Source: a virus (taxonomy: Duplodnaviria > Caudoviricetes). Taken from it: a stretch of DNA of 31,880 nucleotides. A program made the position numbers and the translations under genes. The stretch is taken from positions 1-31,880 of IMG/VR virus record IMGVR_UViG_3300044724_008370, one strand, 5' to 3'. The notes beneath the pieces were generated by a model, which saw only the letters and a program-made list of their open reading frames with translations, searched no databases and was not told the origin of the DNA. Below are positions 25,740-31,880 of this stretch, one piece after another (the stretch's first letter is position 1; every line of letters begins with the position of its first letter).

Positions 25740-26879
25740 ATGTCTGATCAAGAAAACGAAATGATTGAGGACTTCGTAGAAGAGGAGCAGCTCGACGAGT
25801 TCAAAGCCTCAATGGGCGATCCTTCAGAAGTTCCTGAGCCAACAGGCGCTAACGCAAAAGCACCTGGACCAAGCAAATCACAGGGTGATAAATCAAACCC
25901 TATGCAAGGCTCATCTGAAAAAGCAAAAGCAGCTGAAGTGCCAAAGACTAAGATGGCAATGATTAATGCCATGGTCCAAAGCATGAACGGTATGAAGAAA
26001 TCCGATCTTGCTGCAGCTTTTGGTAAGATGAATGCAGCTATGCATAAGGAAGAAGTAGAAGAGGACTTAGTCGATAAGATTGAACTCTCTGCTCGCGAAG
26101 AACTAAAAGTAACAACTGCTGATATTGACATTGCCGAAGACGTCAAAGAAATGTTTGAAGGCCAAGACATGTCAGAAGAGTTTGTTGAAAAAGCATCAAC
26201 AATCTTCGAAGCAGCTGTTGTCGCAAAGATTAACGAACAGCTTGAAAAAGTTTCTGTTGATATCGAAGGTGAGATCACAGAAGCTAAAGAACAAATTGCT
26301 GAAGATCTCTCAGCTAAGTTGGATTCATATCTTGACTACGTTGTCGAGCAGTGGATGGAAGACAACCAGCTTGCTGTAGAAAAAGGTCTGTCAGCAGAAA
26401 TCACTACAGACTTTATGAACGGTTTGAAAGATCTGTTCAAAGAGCACTACATTGATATTCCTGAGGATCGTGTAGATGTTGCTGAAGAGCTAGCTTCCAA
26501 AGCTGATGAGTTGGAAGAAAGCCTCGACAGTGAAATCCAAAAGAACGCTGAGCTGAAAAAAGAATTAGCTGGATTCAAGAAAGCTGAAATCTTTGCAGCT
26601 GTATCAGACGATCTTACAGAAACTCAGGTTGATAAGTTTTCAAAGTTGGCTGAGGGCGTAGAGTTCACAGACAAAGAGAACTATGAAGGTAAGCTCCAGA
26701 TGATTAAAGATACTTATTTTAAGTCAACTGAAGTAAATGAAGAATCACAATTGGTTGCAGCTTCTGATGATGAAGAGCCACTCGAACTCGATGAAGAAAC
26801 AACCAAAGCTGTTGATCCGACAATGGCCGCTTACATGACTGCCATTTCTAGGACAACTGGTTCTAGAAAAGCAAATTAA
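25740..26879 (+). CDS. gp22: Prohead core scaffold protein gp22
   Basis: SEEFVEKASTIFEAAV, LDSYLDYVVEQWMEDNQLAVE, GLKDLFKEHYIDIPE, M.AY..AI; acidic coiled coil. Confidence 0.94.
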   Translation: MSDQENEMIEDFVEEEQLDEFKASMGDPSEVPEPTGANAKAPGPSKSQGDKSNPMQGSSEKAKAAEVPKTKMAMINAMVQSMNGMKKSDLAAAFGKMNAAMHKEEVEEDLVDKIELSAREELKVTTADIDIAEDVKEMFEGQDMSEEFVEKASTIFEAAVVAKINEQLEKVSVDIEGEITEAKEQIAEDLSAKLDSYLDYVVEQWMEDNQLAVEKGLSAEITTDFMNGLKDLFKEHYIDIPEDRVDVAEELASKADELEESLDSEIQKNAELKKELAGFKKAEIFAAVSDDLTETQVDKFSKLAEGVEFTDKENYEGKLQMIKDTYFKSTEVNEESQLVAASDDEEPLELDEETTKAVDPTMAAYMTAISRTTGSRKAN

Positions 26880-26887
26880 CATAAATA
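26880..26887 (+). promoter_or_regulatory. Late promoter variant CATAAATA for gp23
   Basis: One mismatch to consensus, in the intergenic gap; AAGGAG RBS. Confidence 0.75.
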
Positions 26888-26924
26888 ATCAAAAGACTGA
26901 CTGATTCTAATAAAGGAGAATAAA

Positions 26925-28283
26925 ATGTCATATATCGCTGAAGATCTTGTGCAAAAGTGGCAGCCAGTCCTTGATCATGCAGACCTTGCAGAAATTAAGG
27001 ACACTCATAAGCGTTCCACTGTTGCAACACTTCTAGAGAACCAAGAGAAGGCTTCACGTGAAGCTGCTATGGGTTCTGGTGGATATCAAATGCCATCGCT
27101 CTTGGGAGAAGCAGCCCCAACTAACGCAATGGGTGCTTCATCTTCTACAGCTTCCGATGGTGCCGTAGATATCTTTGATCCAGTGCTTATCTCACTGGTT
27201 CGTCGTTCAATGCCAAATCTGATTGCATACGACATCTGTGGCGTCCAGCCAATGACTGGTCCAACAGGGTTGATCTTTGCAATGAGATCAAACTTTAGCT
27301 CACAGGGCGGTGATGAAGCACTGTTCAACGAAGCTAACACTTCCTTCTCAGCTGCACCTGCAGGTAACACATTCCATACTGCATCTAACGGTCAGTTCTC
27401 AATGCACACAGAGAACGATCCAACAAATGCTCAGTATGCTCGTGGTACAGGCATGTCAACCAGCTTGGCTGAATCTTTGGGTGATTCAACAGGTAACGAA
27501 TTCCCAGAAATGGCTTTCTCAATCGAGAAGGTTTCAGTCACAGCATTGTCACGTGCACTGAAAGCAGAATACACCATGGAACTGGCTCAAGACCTTAAAG
27601 CTATCCATGGCTTGGATGCAGAAACAGAATTGGCTAACATCTTGTCAGCTGAAATTCTGTCAGAAATCAACAGAGAAGTTGTACGTTCAATTAACGTATC
27701 AGCTACTGCTGGTTCACAAACTAACGTCTCATCTGCTGGTACTTTTGACCTTGATGTTGACTCAAACGGCCGTTGGTCAGTTGAGCGCTTCAAAGGCATG
27801 ATCTTCCAGATTGAGCGTGAAGCTAACGAGATTGCAAAAGCTACTCGTAGAGGTAAAGGTAACATGATGATCTGTGATTCAGATGTTGCTTCTGCCCTGC
27901 AAATGGCTGGTGTTCTGGATTACACTCCTGCACTGTCTGCAAATCTTAACGTCGACGATACAGGCAACACATTTGCTGGTGTCCTTAACGGTCGTATCAG
28001 AGTTTACATTGATCCTTACTTTAGCTCAGCTTCAGGTAAGAGATACTTTACTCTGGGCTACAAAGGTTCATCCGCATTTGATGCAGGTCTCTTTTACTGC
28101 CCATATGTGCCACTACAGATGGTACGTGCGGTTGGTGAGAACACCTTCCAGCCTAAGATCGGCTTTAAGACTCGTTACGGTATGGTTGCTAATCCATTCG
28201 CAACGAGTGCAGCAGATGGTGTTGTTAACTCAACAAACAAGAACATCTACTACAGACTTACAGGTATTTCAAACCTTATGTAA
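26925..28283 (+). CDS. gp23: Major capsid protein gp23
   Basis: KWQPVL, LLENQ, DICGVQPMTGPTGLIFAMR, SRALKAEYTMELAQDLKAIHGLDAE, FQPKIGFKTRYG. Confidence 0.98.
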   Translation: MSYIAEDLVQKWQPVLDHADLAEIKDTHKRSTVATLLENQEKASREAAMGSGGYQMPSLLGEAAPTNAMGASSSTASDGAVDIFDPVLISLVRRSMPNLIAYDICGVQPMTGPTGLIFAMRSNFSSQGGDEALFNEANTSFSAAPAGNTFHTASNGQFSMHTENDPTNAQYARGTGMSTSLAESLGDSTGNEFPEMAFSIEKVSVTALSRALKAEYTMELAQDLKAIHGLDAETELANILSAEILSEINREVVRSINVSATAGSQTNVSSAGTFDLDVDSNGRWSVERFKGMIFQIEREANEIAKATRRGKGNMMICDSDVASALQMAGVLDYTPALSANLNVDDTGNTFAGVLNGRIRVYIDPYFSSASGKRYFTLGYKGSSAFDAGLFYCPYVPLQMVRAVGENTFQPKIGFKTRYGMVANPFATSAADGVVNSTNKNIYYRLTGISNLM

Positions 28284-28307
28284 GAATAATAAAAACTGCG
28301 CAAAACT

Positions 28308-28334
28308 GGGCGGTCTTCGGACCGCCCTTTTTTT
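28308..28334 (+). terminator. Intrinsic terminator after gp23 with a cUUCGg tetraloop
   Basis: GGGCGGTC-TTCG-GACCGCCC followed by T7. Confidence 0.95.
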
Positions 28335-28356
28335 ATAAAAAAAGTTATTTTTCCTG

Positions 28357-28385
28357 TTGCCTTTAATCAAAAGTTGTAGTAATAT
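28357..28385 (+). promoter_or_regulatory. Putative sigma70-type (early) promoter
   Basis: TTGCCT-N17-TAATAT with A/T tracts (UP-like) upstream. Confidence 0.55.
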
Positions 28386-28415
28386 AAAGTATAAAGTGAG
28401 AAACAGGAGAAAGAA

Positions 28416-28562
28416 ATGAAATTCGTTATTACAACTTTTGATAAGAATGGTAAGCCAATTGCTGAAACAACTCGTAACACTAAAGAAGGTTTGGACAATT
28501 GTCTTAACTGGATTGTTCGTGATCGTGATGTTGATACATTTACAATTGAGGAGTATAACTAA
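28416..28562 (+). CDS. Small hypothetical protein, 48 aa (not in ORF track)
   Basis: AGGAG RBS; MKFVITTFDKNGKPIAETTRNTKEGLDNCLNWIVRDRDVDTFTIEEYN. Confidence 0.7.
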   Translation: MKFVITTFDKNGKPIAETTRNTKEGLDNCLNWIVRDRDVDTFTIEEYN

Positions 28563-28702
28563 TGACTGCTCAGTGTCACTTTACAGATGAGATTGTAGAG
28601 GTTCTTATCTATCTTGGTATGGGTAACTACAAAGTACAATATCCAGATGGTTCGATTCAAGCAGCTCATGAGTCAACTTTAGTCTTCGATTACGATAAAT
28701 AG
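28562..28702 (+). CDS. Small hypothetical protein, 46 aa (not in ORF track)
   Basis: TAATG coupling, GAGGAG RBS; MTAQCHFTDEIVEVLIYLGMGNYKVQYPDGSIQAAHESTLVFDYDK. Confidence 0.68.
   Translation: MTAQCHFTDEIVEVLIYLGMGNYKVQYPDGSIQAAHESTLVFDYDK
28694..28701 (+). promoter_or_regulatory. Late promoter variant GATAAATA directly before gp3
   Basis: One mismatch to consensus; 5 nt lie between it and the ATG. Confidence 0.55.
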
Positions 28703-28706
28703 ATGC

Positions 28707-29246
28707 ATGAGCGCATTAGAAAATCAACCGACTAACTTAAATTATCTGTCACCACTTGGTTTTAGGTTCCTGCTTGACAGGACACCTAACACCAATTACT
28801 TTGTGCAAGGTGCTACTATTCCTTCTATCAATCTTGGCCAAGCATTGGAAGAAGGAACACCAACTGCCATCATTCCAATACCCGGTGACAAGTTAAGATT
28901 TCAACCACTTGACATTACTTTTAGAGTTGATGAGGATGCAAGGAACTATAAAGAACTTTACGATTGGTTAGCTGGATTAGGTTTTCCAGAATCAACGTCA
29001 CAGTTTGCAGCACTGGTTAATAGACCTAATGATGCACTACAATTTGGTAAGATGCAAAATGTATATTCAGATGGATCTCTAGTTGTTATGACTAGCTCAC
29101 AGAATCCAAACATCAGAGTATCTTTTCAAGATATGTATCCTACATCATTATCTACTCTGCAGTTCAACACTACTGACTCTGATGTTCAATATCTTGAGGC
29201 TACTGCGACATTCCAGTACTCTTTATATAATATAGAGTTGATCTAA
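28707..29246 (+). CDS. gp3: Tail completion/tube terminator gp3-like protein
   Basis: NYLSPLGFRF, IPSINLG, PGDKLRF..L.ITFRVDE...NY.ELYDW, F.DMYPTSLS; located between gp23 and uvsY as in marine T4-like phages. Confidence 0.85.
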   Translation: MSALENQPTNLNYLSPLGFRFLLDRTPNTNYFVQGATIPSINLGQALEEGTPTAIIPIPGDKLRFQPLDITFRVDEDARNYKELYDWLAGLGFPESTSQFAALVNRPNDALQFGKMQNVYSDGSLVVMTSSQNPNIRVSFQDMYPTSLSTLQFNTTDSDVQYLEATATFQYSLYNIELI

Positions 29247-29266
29247 AATACTAAATCCCATATAAT
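29238..29266 (+). promoter_or_regulatory. sigma70-type promoter for the uvsY/uvsW unit
   Basis: TTGATC-N17-TATAAT, followed by a strong AAGGAGG RBS. Confidence 0.72.
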
Positions 29267-29295
29267 ATAACTATCTGTAACCAAAGGAGGTTTGT

Positions 29296-29511
29296 ATGGC
29301 TAGTCCTATGAGCAAACAATTAGTAAAAGCTGCACGTATGCATGCAGAAGGTGAGCTCGAAAGAGCAAAGACTAACATTCTGGTCTATATGGAACAGAGT
29401 GTAGGTATCGGTGAGCATTCTGATATCGTAGAAGCTATCCAAGAAGAACTTGATAAGATGGCTGCTGCTGAAGATAGAATCGAGATGTTGGAGAAGCATT
29501 TCTCAGAATGA
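29296..29511 (+). CDS. Conserved small hypothetical protein of marine T4-like phages
   Basis: VGIGEHSDI..AI..EL motif; strong RBS; ATGA overlap with uvsY. Confidence 0.75.
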   Translation: MASPMSKQLVKAARMHAEGELERAKTNILVYMEQSVGIGEHSDIVEAIQEELDKMAAAEDRIEMLEKHFSE

Positions 29512-29945
29512 TTGAAGATATTATTTCGTCATGGCGTGAAGATTGTAAACTGGATGATACAGAACTTGATACAGAAGCTCTGAGGATTCCTAATCTTCAC
29601 GCAAAATATTTGAAGATGCTGGCTGAGAACAGAGTGAAGTTACGTGCCTTACGTATCAAGCAAAAACAACTCAGCCAGACTCTCTATGATTACTATAAAG
29701 GTGATCTAAATAATCCAGAAGATCTTGCTGCGATTAAGAGAGAACCTTGGCCAAAGACTGTACTGAAACAAGACATGCCAATGTATGTTGATTCAGATGA
29801 AGATATGGTCAAGATGAATTCAAAGATTGCTATGCAAGAAGAGATTGTCGGTGTTTGTGAAGAGATCCTCAAAAGTATCAACAACAGAGGATTTCAAATT
29901 AAGAATGCCATAGACTGGAGAAGGCTGACAAACTTTGGAACCTGA
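29508..29945 (+). CDS. uvsY: Recombination mediator UvsY
   Basis: W.ED..LD..ELD.EALRIPNLHAKYL, YY.G, RGFQIKNAIDW. Confidence 0.92.
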   Translation: MIEDIISSWREDCKLDDTELDTEALRIPNLHAKYLKMLAENRVKLRALRIKQKQLSQTLYDYYKGDLNNPEDLAAIKREPWPKTVLKQDMPMYVDSDEDMVKMNSKIAMQEEIVGVCEEILKSINNRGFQIKNAIDWRRLTNFGT

Positions 29946-31413
29946 TAGTGTACTTGTATCTAAAAAGAACGATGTGTATATCGATGTAAAGTGTGATAGA
30001 TCTATTGCAAGAGAGTTAGTAGATTACTTTACATTTGAAGTACCAGGTGCCAAGTTTATGCCAGCAGTACGTAACAAGTACTGGGATGGAAAGATCCGTC
30101 TATTTAATCAGAACCAAACATTATACTATGGTTTGCTACCTCATGTGGCAAAGTTTTGTAAGCAAAGAGAATATGGATTCAATGTAGATGATACTATTGA
30201 ACCAGCCGAGAACTTTAGTAGATCTGAAGCAGAAGACTTTGCAGACACTCTTGGATTACCATTTGAGCCAAGAGAGTATCAGATAGAGGCATTCACATAT
30301 GCAGTACGAAACAGAAGAGGAGTTCTAGTATCACCAACAGCTTCTGGTAAGTCACTTATCATCTATCTTCTTTCTCAATACTACCAAGCAAGAACATTAG
30401 TGATTGTACCAACTATATCTTTGGTCCATCAGATGTCTGGAGACTTTAAGTCATATGGATATCAAGATGATTGTCATATGATTACAGCTGGTGTTGATAA
30501 GATAACAGATAAACAGATTACAGTATCCACATGGCAATCAATATACAAGATGCCAAAGAATTGGTTCAAACAATTTGATGTTGTAGTAGGTGATGAGGCA
30601 CATCTATTCAAAGCAAAGTCTCTCACATCTATTATGACAAAACTGGAGAGCTGTAAGTATAGATTTGGTCTCACAGGTACACTAGATGATGCACAGACAC
30701 ATAAGTTAGTCTTAGAAGGATTGTTTGGACCTGTTAAGCAGATTGTTAAGACAAAAACATTAATTGAACAAAAACATCTAGCTGAGTTCAAGATCAAGTG
30801 CATAGTTCTTAAGTATGATGAAACGGTTTGTAAGACAACAAAAGATTACAAGTACCAAGATGAAGTAGATTGGATAGTACGTAATGATCAGAGAAATAGA
30901 TTCATTACTAACCTATCACTATCTTTGAAAGGAAACAGTCTTATACTATTTCAATTTGTTGACAAGCACGGCAAAGTGTTGTATAATATGATAAAAGATA
31001 AAGCAGGTGATAGGCCTGTGCATTACGTTAGTGGGGAAACAGATGCATCTGTTAGAGAAGATATCAGAGCCATTACTGAACAGACAGATGATGGCATTAT
31101 CGTTGCTAGTTTTGGTACATTTTCAACCGGTATTAACATCCGCAACTTGCATAATATTGTGTTTACTTCTCCTTCTAAGTCGCGTGTCAGAACATTACAA
31201 TCAATTGGTCGTGGACTTAGGAAAGGCGAAACAAAAGATTCTGCTACACTGATCGATCTAGCAGACGACCTAACACATAGATCAAGAGTCAACTTTACGT
31301 TGAAACATTTTGCAGAAAGAGTAAAGTTATATAATGAAGAAGGTTTCGACTACAAAATCTACAAGGTTAAAATTCATGCAGAGAAAGCCATTCAAACTCC
31401 TACGATTATCTAA
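29935..31413 (+). CDS. uvsW: SF2 DNA helicase UvsW
   Basis: FTFEVPGAKFMP, WDGKIRLF, SPTASGKS, DEAH, GLTGTL, STGINI, LQSIGRGLR. The TTG start is uncertain. Confidence 0.95.
   Translation: MEPDSVLVSKKNDVYIDVKCDRSIARELVDYFTFEVPGAKFMPAVRNKYWDGKIRLFNQNQTLYYGLLPHVAKFCKQREYGFNVDDTIEPAENFSRSEAEDFADTLGLPFEPREYQIEAFTYAVRNRRGVLVSPTASGKSLIIYLLSQYYQARTLVIVPTISLVHQMSGDFKSYGYQDDCHMITAGVDKITDKQITVSTWQSIYKMPKNWFKQFDVVVGDEAHLFKAKSLTSIMTKLESCKYRFGLTGTLDDAQTHKLVLEGLFGPVKQIVKTKTLIEQKHLAEFKIKCIVLKYDETVCKTTKDYKYQDEVDWIVRNDQRNRFITNLSLSLKGNSLILFQFVDKHGKVLYNMIKDKAGDRPVHYVSGETDASVREDIRAITEQTDDGIIVASFGTFSTGINIRNLHNIVFTSPSKSRVRTLQSIGRGLRKGETKDSATLIDLADDLTHRSRVNFTLKHFAERVKLYNEEGFDYKIYKVKIHAEKAIQTPTII
30959..30987 (+). 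promoter_or_regulatory. Perfect sigma70 consensus promoter internal to uvsW
   Basis: TTGACA (30959-30964), 17 nt spacer, TATAAT (30982-30987). Confidence 0.65.
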
Positions 31414-31738
31414 TGGTGAACAAGTCTTGGCTAGAGTAATGAAAGAGTCAAACACTGAATATGAAATCCAAGATATGTTTAAAATATATCAAAGAGAATC
31501 ATATGATGGAGTACATACAGGAATTACTAATTGGTTGACTTTTGTTGATCAAGAGATTATAATGATGAACAAGCAGCATGTAACATTTGTTGCTGATATA
31601 AACAAAGACATTGATGAATACTTAGACAAAAAAGCAAAAGAAGATCCAGAAGAAGATTATGAAGAAGCAGTAGAGCAGGAATACAAAGCTCACATGATGG
31701 AGTATTTTGCAAACACTATTTCAAAGGTATATCACTGA
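31376..31738 (+). CDS. Hypothetical protein, Sm-like fold candidate
   Basis: KLLRLSNGEQVLARV...W and a terminal YH; usual position between uvsW and gp55. The start could be 31334 or 31376. Confidence 0.6.
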   Translation: MQRKPFKLLRLSNGEQVLARVMKESNTEYEIQDMFKIYQRESYDGVHTGITNWLTFVDQEIIMMNKQHVTFVADINKDIDEYLDKKAKEDPEEDYEEAVEQEYKAHMMEYFANTISKVYH

Positions 31739-31739
31739 C

Positions 31740-31880
31740 ATGGCACAAAAGAAAAAATCAAAACCATATGTAGACAATAAACAATTCTTAGCAGAGATGG
31801 TTGCATTCAAAGAGAAAGTAACAGAAGCTGATAAGAATAACAAACCAAGACCAAGAGTACCAGATCATATTGGTATGAAG
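31740..31880 (+). CDS. gp55: Late-transcription sigma factor gp55, 3'-truncated
   Basis: Hand-translated MAQKKKSKPYVDNKQFLAEMVAFKEKVTEADKNNKPRPRVPDHIGMK; matches the YV.NK.FL...P....IG N-terminus of gp55; synteny. Confidence 0.85.
   Translation, partial: MAQKKKSKPYVDNKQFLAEMVAFKEKVTEADKNNKPRPRVPDHIGMK

Noticed and set aside
13475-28283. Introns, inteins or homing endonucleases in gp17, gp18, gp20 or gp23
   Set aside because: The ORFs are continuous and of ordinary length, with no intein or endonuclease motifs seen.
832-31292. Numerous minus-strand and alternate-frame ORFs in the track (e.g. 15427..15981, 25748..26278, 27874..28338)
   Set aside because: All lie within or almost wholly within well-supported + strand genes, have no recognisable motifs, and are expected shadows of codon bias.
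1-31880. tRNA, rRNA or larger structured ncRNA genes
   Set aside because: Intergenic gaps are short and accounted for by promoters, RBSs and terminators; no cloverleaf motifs were seen.

Overview
A + strand, AT-rich segment of a T4-like myovirus genome. The gene order resembles marine T4-like phages (cyanomyovirus/pelagimyovirus type); the host cannot be determined from this window. It opens with a ~10 kb hypervariable fibre/adhesin region: RCC1-like propeller proteins, a glycine-rich adhesin, a duplicated LamG/SPRY protein and small partner ORFs. The core morphogenesis module follows: gp13-gp14-gp15-gp16-[SNase-like nuclease]-gp17-gp18-gp19-gp20, a ~4.4 kb collagen-fibre cassette, prohead core genes, gp21-gp22-gp23, then gp3, uvsY, uvsW, an Sm-like ORF and the start of gp55. 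T4-type late promoters (TATAAATA and variants), two intrinsic terminators and three sigma70-type promoters are readable. The most notable observations are: a collagen fibre cassette between the portal and core genes; an apparent plug-and-socket branched-fibre architecture; a late promoter inside a terminator hairpin; a perfect sigma70 promoter inside uvsW; and a nested LamG-SPRY insertion. All product calls come from motif recognition and synteny; no database search was run.
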